A model generated the notes under the pieces. That model had not been told where the DNA came from. It saw only the letters and a list, made by a program, of their open reading frames with translations, and made no database searches. Position numbers and translations under genes: made by a program. From positions 632-64,631 of the forward strand of contig SCRF01000109.1 of assembly GCA_004322005.1 (NCBI GenBank): DNA of 64,000 bases. The letters run 5' to 3'. Source of the DNA: Rhodanobacter sp. (GTDB lineage Bacteria > Pseudomonadota > Gammaproteobacteria > Xanthomonadales > Rhodanobacteraceae). This document shows positions 26,100 to 36,772 of this stretch, piece by piece (the stretch's first letter is position 1; each line of letters starts with the position of its first letter).

Positions 26100-26125
26100 T
26101 GGCACTCGTTTACCATGAGTGCTGA
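26099..26125 (+). promoter_or_regulatory. CIRCE operator (HrcA binding site)
   Basis: TTGGCACTC-N9-GAGTGCTGA compared with the consensus TTAGCACTC-N9-GAGTGCTAA. It abuts the -10 box. Confidence 0.75.
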
Positions 26126-26184
26126 CAAGACCGCCGATCCGGGTCTCGAAAGCCTTGTTTCCCCTCAAACAATGGGAGTCATCC

Positions 26185-26478
26185 ATGAGCACACTGCGTC
26201 CGTTGCATGATCGCGTCATCGTCAAGCGCCTGGAAGAGGAGCGCGTTTCCGCCGGCGGTATCGTCATCCCCGACAGCGCCACCGAAAAGCCTACCCGTGG
26301 CAAGGTCGTCGCCGCCGGCACCGGCCTGATCATGAGCGATGGCAAGGTGCGCCCGATGTCGCTGAAGGCCGGCGACGTGGTGCTGTTCGGCAAGTACGCC
26401 GGCCAGGAAATCAAGATCGACGGCGAAGAACTCGTGTTCCTGAAGGAAGACGACATCGTGGCCGTGATCGAAGGCTGA
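26185..26478 (+). CDS. groES: co-chaperonin GroES
   Basis: [28 protein letters not shown]; GGGAG Shine-Dalgarno. Confidence 0.95.
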   Translation: MSTLRPLHDRVIVKRLEEERVSAGGIVIPDSATEKPTRGKVVAAGTGLIMSDGKVRPMSLKAGDVVLFGKYAGQEIKIDGEELVFLKEDDIVAVIEG

Positions 26479-26599
26479 TTGGCTGGGGCCGAGGCCCGCA
26501 GGAGCGCGTAGATCCGCGCACGCTGACCTCCTCGGTGCCATAAGCCTTCGCGCTACCGCTCGAAAAGCAAAACCCCTTTCCTAATTTCAAAATTTTTGA

Positions 26600-28264
<1,665 letters not shown>

Positions 28265-28291
28265 GTCCCGCCTCACCACGTTGCACCACGG

Positions 28292-28320
28292 AAAACCCCG
28301 CCTCGGCGGGGTTTTCTCTT
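28292..28320 (+). terminator. rho-independent terminator of groESL
   Basis: aaaaccccgcc-tc-ggcggggtttt followed by ctctt. Confidence 0.75.
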
Positions 28321-28404
28321 GAGGGGTACGGTTACGAGGCGGATGCAGACACCGGCGGTACGTCGCCGGTCGCATATGCGTCACGATCGATATGCAGTCA
28401 TGCG

Positions 28405-28442
28405 AAAAACACAGGCCCCGTGGAGGTCATCCCCGGGGCCTG
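28405..28442 (-). terminator. rho-independent terminator
   Basis: Stem caggccccg/cggggcctg followed on the minus strand by a T-run. Lies just downstream of the stop at 28465. Confidence 0.65.
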
Positions 28443-28464
28443 TTTATCACGCATGGCCGCGCGT

Positions 28465-29097
28465 TCAGTGACCCGCGTTCACGCCGCGGCCGGAGCCGGC
28501 GTTGCTGCTGCCGCGGGTGCGGGTAGTGCCCTTGGCACCGCCGTTGCTGCGGGCATTTCCGCTCGCGTTGGCGCTGCCGCTGCCGCTGGCGTTGATGCCC
28601 TTCACCGCGTCGCCCACCGAGCCGGCGGTGCGGTCAGAGGACTGGATCGCCGAGTGGGCAGCATCGCGAACCTCGCCGCCGACACCGCGACCTTCCTGGC
28701 CTGCCTTGCCGGCCAGTGCGGCGGTATCGAGGCCGGCGCCCCTGTCCGCGCTGGCGTTGGCGCCGCCGTTCGCGCCGGCAGCACTGGCGTGGGTCGATGC
28801 ATGGGCGTCAAGGCTGGCATTGGCCTGGCCGTTGCCGGTCGTGGCCGAGCGGGTCTTGTCGATGGTCCGGCGCGTTCTGTGTCGAGTCTGCTGGTCGACG
28901 CGGCTCATCGTGCTGCCGGCGCGGCTGCCGGCCTGGTCAACCGTATGCATGGCGCCGGGCAACGTGTCGCCGGCAGGCACGCCGGCGCCGATCCGGCCCG
29001 CGCCGCCGATGGCGCCGCCAAGGTGGACCTGAGCGAAAGCAGGAGCGGAGAGTGCGGCAGCCGCAGTGATGAAAGCAGCAAGCATGGTCTTGTGCAT
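28465..29097 (-). CDS. secreted low-complexity (Gly/Ala/Ser/Asn-rich) hypothetical protein
   Basis: ATG at 29097 with a GGGAGAT Shine-Dalgarno. Signal peptide MHKTMLAAFITAAAALSAPAFA. The remainder is a repetitive GANAS/GSG-type sequence. The upstream extension to 29367 was rejected. Confidence 0.45.
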   Translation of the reverse strand: MHKTMLAAFITAAAALSAPAFAQVHLGGAIGGAGRIGAGVPAGDTLPGAMHTVDQAGSRAGSTMSRVDQQTRHRTRRTIDKTRSATTGNGQANASLDAHASTHASAAGANGGANASADRGAGLDTAALAGKAGQEGRGVGGEVRDAAHSAIQSSDRTAGSVGDAVKGINASGSGSANASGNARSNGGAKGTTRTRGSSNAGSGRGVNAGH

Positions 29098-29302
29098 GGT
29101 CAGGATCTCCCGATGGGTGAAGCCGTGAACACGAATGTCTCGCGGCTGGATCGACCATAGGCAGGGACTCCCCACTGCGCCCTGAACACGTATTTCCACG
29201 CTTAAGCGGGCAGACAGCTGGCTGAACCGGAACACTCTGCCGGATGGCATGCAGGCCAAGACCGCCACTGGCGCCGCTGTCACGCAGGCCTGTTGCGCGG
29301 GT

Positions 29303-31231
29303 TCATCGATCCGCGGCGGCTGCCCGGGGCTGCGGTCTTGCCGCGGCGGCGGTGTTTTCACCTGCATCGCCGGTGGCGGTCGGTAGTTGTGCTTGCAGCC
29401 ACAGCTTGCCCAGTTTTCCGCCCAGACGCAGCTGATCGACGCTGGCCATGGCCCGGTCGAGCTTCTGTTCGTTGCCGTCTTCGGCTGGCAGTGAAGCGCC
29501 TGGCGCCGCGGTCAACGCCGCGAGTGGCGGACCGACCAGTTCGCTCAACCCGAAATAGGGCGCGTCGTGGATGCCGGCCTGCTCCAGCAACTTGCCGGGG
29601 AGCAGCCAGGCGGCCGTGTCCAGATCTACCGGCTTGCCTGGATGGTGTGGGTCGACCAGCAGCCAGACCCCGGCCTGGCTCAGCATGCCCTTGCCATCGA
29701 CAAAGCCGGTAGCCTGGTAAATGTTCGTCAGTGCCGGCAGGTGATCGCCGTAGAACAACACCAGGCTCGGCCGCTTGCGCCGGGCCAGCCAGCTGACCAG
29801 CCGCCCGAGCTCGGCGTCGGCGTGGCCGATGTGATAGAGGTAGTTCTGCAGTTCGCGCTTGGCATTGCCAGTGACCCCGGCGGGCACCGCAATGGCGTCA
29901 CGCTCGGCGACATGGCTGGGGTCGACATCGTACGGGCCGTGCGCCTCGATGCTGATCGCGAAGATGAACTGCGGCGGGCCGCTGTCCTTCAGCTGCGCCA
30001 TGATCTCGTCGGTCATCGCACTGTCGGCCATGTATTTGCCGTCGTTCGGGGCAGTGGACGGGAATGACGACCGCGACACGAAGCGGTCGAAGCCCAGTGC
30101 CTTGAAGGCGGTGGCGCGGTTCCAGAAGGCCGGGTCGTTGCCGTGCACGGCCACCGTTTCGTAGCCATGCGCGTTCAAGGCGTGCACCAGGCTCGGTACC
30201 CGCTTGCGGTTCATCTGCAGGTAGGGAAACTGCAGGTCATCGAAGTAGCGCAGCGACAGCCCGGTGAGTACCTCGAATTCGGTGCGGATGGTGCCACCGC
30301 CGAACGTCGGCACATGGAGCTTGCCGCTGATCCCGTGGGCGGCGAGCCGGCGCAGGTTCGGCGTGAAGTTGCTGTGCTCGTAACCGCGCATGCTGGTCGG
30401 GTCGAAGAACGATTCGCTTTGCACCACCACGATGTCCGGCAACTCGCTGTTCGCGGGCGGCGTCCGCATGGACTGCCGCAGCGCCGCGGCGGACTGATCG
30501 ATCAACTGCGCGGCCGCGACGGGGTCGGGCTTGTGCTTGCCGTGGCCGTACTGCAGATGAAACATCATCAGCGAACTGATCAGGCCGGAATGGCTGCTGG
30601 TGGAGGAGGCCGACCACGGTTCCAGCCAGAGCACCCTGGCGTTGTAGACGTTCGCCCAGGCAGGCATGCCGACCAGCATGCTGAGCAGTACCCCCCCCAG
30701 CATGCTGCCCGCCAGCAGCCGCTTGCCGCGGGTGCGGCGCGGAAACAACGGCGGCTCATAACGCCATATCGCGATGATCAGCGCCAACGCGGCCAGCAGC
30801 GCCAGCCAGAGCCATGGGCTGTGCGGCAGATAGCCGACCAGCAGGTGCGCGCCACCCTTGCGAAGCTGGCCGACCATGCGGAAATCGGCCGGCAGCAGTG
30901 GCGTGCCGAGGTTTTCCACCTTCAGGGTGTTGATGCCGTACAGCAGCCCCTGCAGCAGGAATGTCAGGCCGAACGACAGCAGCAGGCGGCGACTGAGCGC
31001 CAGCAGCACGCCAGCCAGCAACAGGCCTGGCCATGCATTGGCCAGCGGGAAACGCGGCTGGTCGAACAACCGCGACGGCAGCACGCCGCTGCCGCCATCG
31101 AGCAGTCCGGTCAACAGCACAAACGCCAGCGCCAGCGACAACACCAGCGCGCTCCGTGCAACCAGGGCGCGCCGGCGTGGGGGCGGGTTTGCTGAATTCG
31201 ACAACATGGCAGTCCTGTGATTCGCTGTCAT
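29303..31231 (-). CDS. LTA synthase / phosphoglycerol-transferase-like sulfatase-family membrane protein
   Basis: Multi-TM N-terminus followed by a sulfatase-type domain (DIVVVQSESFFDP..GGTIRTEFEVLTG..HGPY). Start is uncertain (31231 or 31207). Confidence 0.7.
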   Translation of the reverse strand: MTANHRTAMLSNSANPPPRRRALVARSALVLSLALAFVLLTGLLDGGSGVLPSRLFDQPRFPLANAWPGLLLAGVLLALSRRLLLSFGLTFLLQGLLYGINTLKVENLGTPLLPADFRMVGQLRKGGAHLLVGYLPHSPWLWLALLAALALIIAIWRYEPPLFPRRTRGKRLLAGSMLGGVLLSMLVGMPAWANVYNARVLWLEPWSASSTSSHSGLISSLMMFHLQYGHGKHKPDPVAAAQLIDQSAAALRQSMRTPPANSELPDIVVVQSESFFDPTSMRGYEHSNFTPNLRRLAAHGISGKLHVPTFGGGTIRTEFEVLTGLSLRYFDDLQFPYLQMNRKRVPSLVHALNAHGYETVAVHGNDPAFWNRATAFKALGFDRFVSRSSFPSTAPNDGKYMADSAMTDEIMAQLKDSGPPQFIFAISIEAHGPYDVDPSHVAERDAIAVPAGVTGNAKRELQNYLYHIGHADAELGRLVSWLARRKRPSLVLFYGDHLPALTNIYQATGFVDGKGMLSQAGVWLLVDPHHPGKPVDLDTAAWLLPGKLLEQAGIHDAPYFGLSELVGPPLAALTAAPGASLPAEDGNEQKLDRAMASVDQLRLGGKLGKLWLQAQLPTATGDAGENTAAAARPQPRAAAADR

Positions 31232-31407
31232 GGATCTGGCATTGAAATGTAATCTTCCGGACATGAACCCAGCGTTGCCCGATCCCGGGCGCAGATCGCG
31301 CCTGTCTGCAGTCGGTTCGATGCGCCGGCGCCGGGTTGCTGCACCGGTGCTGCGGAAACGACGTGCCGGTGGTCGGCAGCTTGCCCCCACTGCGGCACAA
31401 TGGCCCG

Positions 31408-34254
31408 ATGCCAGCCCATGAATCCACCGCGCTGCGTGCGCTGATCGACGACCGTTACAGCGAGCTCGCCGCCCGCTGCCGTGCTGCCGGCGTGCCACTG
31501 CACGACGATGCCGGTGTCGCCGAACGTATTCGGCGCACCTTGCTGGCCAGCGACTTCGCATTCGACGTGTGGTGTCGCCAGCCGCAGTTGCTGGCGCCGC
31601 AGGGGCTGGAGCGGTTGCGTTCGGGCACCGATGCCGGCGCCCGCATCGAGGCACTCCAGCTGCCGGCCGATGAAGCCGCCTGCATGCTGGCGTTGCGCCG
31701 CTTCCGCCATGCCGAGGCGTTGCGGCTGCTGTTTCGGGATGTCAACGGACTGGACCAGTTGCCGGAAACCCTGTCGGCCACCAGTGTCCTGTACGAGGAA
31801 CTGCTGGGCGTGGCGCTGGCCTGGTCCGAACGCGCACTGGCCGCACGCTACGGCCACAGCCGCGGTCAGGATGGCACCACACGACAGCGGATGGTGGTGC
31901 TCGGCTTCGGCAAGCTCGGTGGCAGCGAGCTGAACTTCTCCTCCGACATCGACCTGGTGCTGGCCTACCCACAAGGCGGCCAGAGCGACGGCCCGCGACC
32001 GCTCGACAACAGCGAGTACTTCGTGCGGCTGGGCCGCCAGCTGGTGCGTCTGCTGCACGAGCCGACGATGGACGGGATCTGCGCACGGGTCGACCTGCGC
32101 CTGCGCCCGTTCGGCAATGCCGGGCGGCTGGCGTTGTCGTTCACGGCGATGGAACAGTACTACCAGAGCGAGGGTCGCGACTGGGAGCGCTACGCGTGGA
32201 TCAAGGCCCGCCCGGTGGCCGGCGACCGCAACGCCGGCAGGCAATTGCAGGAACTGCTGCGACCGTTCGTCTACCGCAAGTATCTCGATTACACCGCCTT
32301 TGCCGGCCTGCGCGAGATGAAGGCGCTGATCGATGCCGAAGTCGCGCGCAAGGATCTGGCCGACAACCTCAAGCTCGGCCCCGGCGGCATTCGCGAGATC
32401 GAGTTCATCGTGCAACTGACCCAGCTGATCCGCGGGGGGCGCGAACCGAGCCTGCGGGTGCGTGGCCTGTTGCCGGCACTGGGCGCCTGCGAGGCCCGCG
32501 GGCACATCAGCTCGGTGCGCGCACGCGTGCTGCGCGAGGCTTACGCGCTGTTGCGCCGCACGGAAAACCACGTGCAGATGCTGCGCGATGCGCAGACGCA
32601 TGATGTCCCGGCCGACGCCCTGAGCCGCGAGCGCATCGCACTGAGCCTGGACTATCCGGACTGGCCAGCGCTCGATGCGGCGCTGGCCCGCCATCGCGCC
32701 ATCGTCAGCGAGGAATTTGCCGCCGTGCTGGTGCCGCAGGGCGGGCGCAGCGCGGGTGCGCCGGTCGAGGACCGGCTGCTGTGGCAACAGGCATGCGACG
32801 AGTCGCTCGATCCCGCGGTGCTGGAGGCCTGCGGTTTCGTGCCGGGTGCCGAGCTGGCCGACGCCCTGCTCAAACTGCCGCAGGACGGGCAGGTGCGGGC
32901 GATGTCGGCGCGTTCGCGCGAGCGGATGGACCGGCTGCTGCCGCAGCTGTTCGGCGCGGCCCGTGCCAGCGCCGCCCCGGTGCCGTGCATGCTGCGCCTG
33001 TGCCGGCTGGTGCAGGCGGTGGCGCGGCGCTCGTCGTACCTGGCGCTGCTGGAGGAACAGCCGGCCGCGCGCAAGCGTCTGGTGCGCCTGTTCGGCGACA
33101 GCGCGTTCCTGGCCGAGTGCGTCATCGCGCAGCCGCTGCTGCTGGACGACGTGCTCGATCCGCGCATCGATCAACTGCCGTTCAAATCGGCCGACGTCAC
33201 CGCCGAGATCGCCCGCGTGCTGGCCACCCTGGACGAGCGCGGGGCCGAAGCCGAACTGGAACGCATCAACGAGTTCAAGGCATCCACCGCGTTCCGGCTG
33301 GGGCTCGCGTTCAACGACCGCCGCGTCGGTGCGGTCGCCACCGCGCGCCGGCTTGGCGCGCTGGCCGAATCGGTGGTGGTCGCGGTGACGGCGCTGGCCG
33401 AGCGCGAACTGGTCGCCCAGCATGGCCGGCTGCCCGGTGCCGGTACCGGTTTCGCCGTACTCGGCTATGGCAGCCTGGGCGGCGAGGAGCTGGGCTTCGC
33501 TTCGGATCTGGACCTGGTGTTCGTCTACGATGGCCGCCGAGCCCAGATGGCGAGCGACGGCGCGCGTCCGCTGGAAGGTGTGCGCTGGTACCAGCGGCTC
33601 GCCCAGCGGACCATGAACTGGCTCACCGTGCTGACCCGTGCCGGGCGCTTGTACGAAGTCGACGCGCGGCTGCGCCCCGACGGTTCCAAGGGGCTGCTGG
33701 TCAGCAGCCTGGACGCTTTCGTGGCCTATCAGAAAGGCCGTGCATGGACCTGGGAACATCAGGCGTTGCTGCGCGCCCGGCCGGTCGCCGGCGACGCGGC
33801 GTTGCGGCACGAACTGGCCGAGGCGCGCCGCGCGATCCTCGCCGTGGCACGCGAACGCACCGTGGTGCTGGCCGAGGTCAGCAGCATGCGCCGGCGCTGG
33901 CGCGCCGAGCGCGACCGTTCCGACAGTCGCCGGCTCGATCTCAAGCAGGGCCAGGGCGGCCTGCTGGATATCGAATTCGCGCTGCAGGGGCTGGTGCTGG
34001 CGCATGCCGCGCGGCAACCCGGGCTGCTGGAGGTGACCGCCAATGCCACCATGATCGAGGCCTGTCGTGTCGCGGGTCTTCTCAACGGCAATCAGGCGGC
34101 CATCCTGTCGGTGGCGCATGCCGAACTGCTGCAGCGCGCGCTCACCTGCACGCTCGACCTGCGTTCACGCATCGCTCCGCGCGACACGGAGCTGGAGCAG
34201 TTGAGCGCCGACGTGCGCGAGGTCACCGATGCGCTCGGCTTCAGCTTCGGTTGA
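31408..34254 (+). CDS. glnE: bifunctional glutamine synthetase adenylyltransferase / adenylyl-removing enzyme
   Basis: Two nucleotidyltransferase halves (GKLGGSELNFSSDIDLV and GSLGGEELGFASDLDLVF), each followed by RLRPxG. Typical GlnE. Confidence 0.9.
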   Translation: MPAHESTALRALIDDRYSELAARCRAAGVPLHDDAGVAERIRRTLLASDFAFDVWCRQPQLLAPQGLERLRSGTDAGARIEALQLPADEAACMLALRRFRHAEALRLLFRDVNGLDQLPETLSATSVLYEELLGVALAWSERALAARYGHSRGQDGTTRQRMVVLGFGKLGGSELNFSSDIDLVLAYPQGGQSDGPRPLDNSEYFVRLGRQLVRLLHEPTMDGICARVDLRLRPFGNAGRLALSFTAMEQYYQSEGRDWERYAWIKARPVAGDRNAGRQLQELLRPFVYRKYLDYTAFAGLREMKALIDAEVARKDLADNLKLGPGGIREIEFIVQLTQLIRGGREPSLRVRGLLPALGACEARGHISSVRARVLREAYALLRRTENHVQMLRDAQTHDVPADALSRERIALSLDYPDWPALDAALARHRAIVSEEFAAVLVPQGGRSAGAPVEDRLLWQQACDESLDPAVLEACGFVPGAELADALLKLPQDGQVRAMSARSRERMDRLLPQLFGAARASAAPVPCMLRLCRLVQAVARRSSYLALLEEQPAARKRLVRLFGDSAFLAECVIAQPLLLDDVLDPRIDQLPFKSADVTAEIARVLATLDERGAEAELERINEFKASTAFRLGLAFNDRRVGAVATARRLGALAESVVVAVTALAERELVAQHGRLPGAGTGFAVLGYGSLGGEELGFASDLDLVFVYDGRRAQMASDGARPLEGVRWYQRLAQRTMNWLTVLTRAGRLYEVDARLRPDGSKGLLVSSLDAFVAYQKGRAWTWEHQALLRARPVAGDAALRHELAEARRAILAVARERTVVLAEVSSMRRRWRAERDRSDSRRLDLKQGQGGLLDIEFALQGLVLAHAARQPGLLEVTANATMIEACRVAGLLNGNQAAILSVAHAELLQRALTCTLDLRSRIAPRDTELEQLSADVREVTDALGFSFG

Positions 34255-34289
34255 GCGGCTGCCCGTCCGCCTCATGATGGGGTTTCGCG

Positions 34290-34359
34290 GTAGGAGCCCG
34301 CTCGCGGGCGATGCTCTGGGGTCGCGCGATCAGGGCATCGCCTGCGAGCGGGCTCCTGC
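34290..34359. repeat. GTAG-type REP inverted dimer
   Basis: gtaggagcccgctcgcgggcgatgctct..gcatcgcctgcgagcgggctcctgc. It overlaps the last ~10 codons of the 34330-35322 CDS. Confidence 0.85.
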
Positions 34360-35322
34360 ACGGGCGGCAATGCGGCGGCGCAGTTCGATGGCGATGCCGG
34401 TGGTTTCGCGCAGCGGCGGCTGGCGTGGTGCCGGCGCGGCATCGAGGTCGTGCAGCAGGCCGGCGTCGCGCAAGGTGCGGTGGAACCGCGCCAGTTTTCC
34501 CGCCAGTGGCGCGGTGACGAAGGTATGCACCGGGCAACCGACGGCGCAGGCCTCGCTGAGCATGTTGACCGAGTCGGGGCTGACGACCAGACGGTCGGCC
34601 CAGCCGAGCACGCCGGGGTAGGGGTTGCGGCCATCGTCGCGGCCAGCCCAGATCAGGCCGGGGCTGTCGGCGAGCGTTGCGCGCATGACCGCCATCACCG
34701 CGGCAGGGGTGCGGCGCGAAGCGAGGACCAGCAGACTGCCGCCTTCGACGCGCTGGCGCGCGAGCAGATGGTTGGCAAGCCGCTGCGCGTAACCGGCATC
34801 GAGCGGAATGCCCCGGCGCGGACCGCCCAGCAGCACACCGACTCGGGGCCGCGGCAGATCGGCGAGAGCAGGACAGGACTCGCGGCCGTCCGCGAGCCAG
34901 CCCTCATCGATGGGGTTGAGCGAGCCGACCGGAGTCAGCACATTGGGGCCGCTGAGCCGGTCGTGCCGTGGGGCGATCACCGTGTCCCAGCATCCCGGGT
35001 CGATGCGCGGGTCGAGGATCTGAACGGTATGGCAGCCACCACCGGACCAGCGCCGCAGCTGGCGGGTGAACAGGGCCGCCGTGCGCCCGCAGCCGATCGC
35101 CACTCGTGGCCATGGCGGTGCAAGCAATGTGCGCTGATCGGCGGGCAGGGCAAGCGTGCCGCCGAGGGTAAGCCGTGGCGCCAGCCACGACCATGGCGCA
35201 CGCGGCTCCAGGATCAGGTGACGCACCGGCAGCTGCAGTTGTCCGGCCAGCGCCAGTGCCTGACGCTGGTTGCCGGTGGCGGCATCGGTGATCACCCAGC
35301 AGGCGTCGTGCCGAATCAGCAT
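34330..35322 (-). CDS. ELM1/DUF1022-family protein (putative glycosyltransferase-like)
   Basis: [47 protein letters not shown] matches my memory of the ELM1-like family. The long upstream extension to 36156 was rejected. Confidence 0.55.
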   Translation of the reverse strand: MLIRHDACWVITDAATGNQRQALALAGQLQLPVRHLILEPRAPWSWLAPRLTLGGTLALPADQRTLLAPPWPRVAIGCGRTAALFTRQLRRWSGGGCHTVQILDPRIDPGCWDTVIAPRHDRLSGPNVLTPVGSLNPIDEGWLADGRESCPALADLPRPRVGVLLGGPRRGIPLDAGYAQRLANHLLARQRVEGGSLLVLASRRTPAAVMAVMRATLADSPGLIWAGRDDGRNPYPGVLGWADRLVVSPDSVNMLSEACAVGCPVHTFVTAPLAGKLARFHRTLRDAGLLHDLDAAPAPRQPPLRETTGIAIELRRRIAARAGARSQAMP

Positions 35323-35457
35323 GGGCACAGGCGGCGCGGCATTGTTTCGCAAATGAACACAGTATGTTCCCCAAGGCCCTGGTCCGCTGCTGCGTGCCGG
35401 CTTATACACTTGCAGTCTCAGGCGCCACTGTCGGCGTCGATGCAGCAGAGGATACCC

Positions 35458-36051
35458 ATGAGCGAGATGCTTGCCGAGGCCGCCCTCGACCAATTGTTCC
35501 GCCAGGCGCGCACGTTCAATGCCTGGTTGCCCAAAAGCGTGAGCGAGGATCAGCTCCACCAGCTGTACGAACTGGCCAAGTTCGGCCCGACCAGCGCGAA
35601 TGCCTCGCCGATGCGGGTGGTGTTCGTGAAGTCGAAGCAAGCCAAGGCGAAGCTGGCACCGTTCCTGTCCGAAGGCAACCGTGCCAAGACCATGGAGGCG
35701 CCGGTGACCGCGATCATCGCGACCGACCACGCGTTTTACGAGCACCTGCCGAGGTTGTTTCCGCATGCCGATGCCCGCAGCTGGTTCGTCGGCAACCAGC
35801 CGCTGATCGACGCCACCGCGTTTCGCAACGCAACCCTGCAGGGCGCCTACGTGCTGTTGGCGGCACGGGCAATGGGGCTGGATTGCGGACCGATGTCCGG
35901 TTTCGACCAGGCCGGGGTGGATGCGGCGTTCTTCGCCGGCACCACGGTCAAGTCCAATTTCCTGATCAATATCGGTTACGGCGATGCCAGCCGTGACCTG
36001 TTCCCGCGCAGCCCGCGCCTGTCGTTCGACGAAGCCTGCAAGATTGCCTGA
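35458..36051 (+). CDS. RutE-like nitroreductase family protein (malonic semialdehyde reductase-like)
   Basis: ..[52 protein letters not shown] is nearly collinear with E. coli RutE. Confidence 0.75.
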   Translation: MSEMLAEAALDQLFRQARTFNAWLPKSVSEDQLHQLYELAKFGPTSANASPMRVVFVKSKQAKAKLAPFLSEGNRAKTMEAPVTAIIATDHAFYEHLPRLFPHADARSWFVGNQPLIDATAFRNATLQGAYVLLAARAMGLDCGPMSGFDQAGVDAAFFAGTTVKSNFLINIGYGDASRDLFPRSPRLSFDEACKIA

Positions 36052-36100
36052 AAGCTGCCCCGAAGCATTTCCTGTCCACCGTCCCCAAGGAGGCACTCTC

Positions 36101-36709
36101 ATGCGTGCACTGAAGTATCTCGCCCTTGCCGGCCTGCTCGGCGTTGCCGGTTTCATCCAGGCCGCCCCGGTCCGGGCCGCGCCGGTTACCTACCGGCTCG
36201 ATCCCAACCACACGATGGTGCTGTTCAGCTGGAATCACTTCGGATTCTCCAATCCCACCGCCGACCTGGGTATCAGCAGCGGCACGGTGGTGTTCGACCA
36301 GCAGAACCCGGCCAAATCCAGCGTGGACGTGACCATGCCGCTGTCCCTGCTTGATACCCATGTGCCGGCACTGGACGAGCATCTGAAGAAACCGGACTTC
36401 TTCAACGCTGACAAGTACCCGGTGGTGACGTTCAAGAGCACGGCGGTGAAATCGCTGGGCGGCAACCGGTTCAAGGTCACCGGCAACCTCACCGTGCACG
36501 GCGTGACCCGGCCGGTGGTGCTGGATGCGACCCTGAACAAGGTCGGTCCGCACCCGATGACCAAGGCGTCGTCGATCGGCTTCGATGCCACGGCGAGTTT
36601 GAAGCGCTCGGATTTCGGCGTCGGTGCCTACGTGCCCGGCGTCAGCGACGAGATCAGCATTCACATCACCACGGAAGGCTCGGTGCCGAAGACCGACGCG
36701 GCCAAGTAA
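36101..36709 (+). CDS. YceI-family periplasmic protein
   Basis: AAGGAGG Shine-Dalgarno, a signal peptide, YRLDPNHTMVLFSWNHFGFS.. and FKVTGNLTVHGVTRPV are typical YceI. Confidence 0.8.
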   Translation: MRALKYLALAGLLGVAGFIQAAPVRAAPVTYRLDPNHTMVLFSWNHFGFSNPTADLGISSGTVVFDQQNPAKSSVDVTMPLSLLDTHVPALDEHLKKPDFFNADKYPVVTFKSTAVKSLGGNRFKVTGNLTVHGVTRPVVLDATLNKVGPHPMTKASSIGFDATASLKRSDFGVGAYVPGVSDEISIHITTEGSVPKTDAAK

Positions 36710-36724
36710 GGTCGACGCGGCAGC

Positions 36725-36756
36725 AAAAAACCGCGTCAGCGACGGCGCGGTTTTTT
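36725..36756. terminator. bidirectional rho-independent terminator between convergent genes
   Basis: aaaaaaccgcg..cgcggtttttt. Confidence 0.6.
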
Positions 36757-36772
36757 GTGTGCGCAGAAGCGG

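Noticed and set aside
26498-26525. gcaggagcgcgtagatccgcgc in the unusually long groES-groEL spacer, considered as a degenerate half-REP.
   Set aside because: Only the head (GCAGGAGCGCG) resembles the REP family. There is no convincing stem or partner arm, so it is too weak to call.
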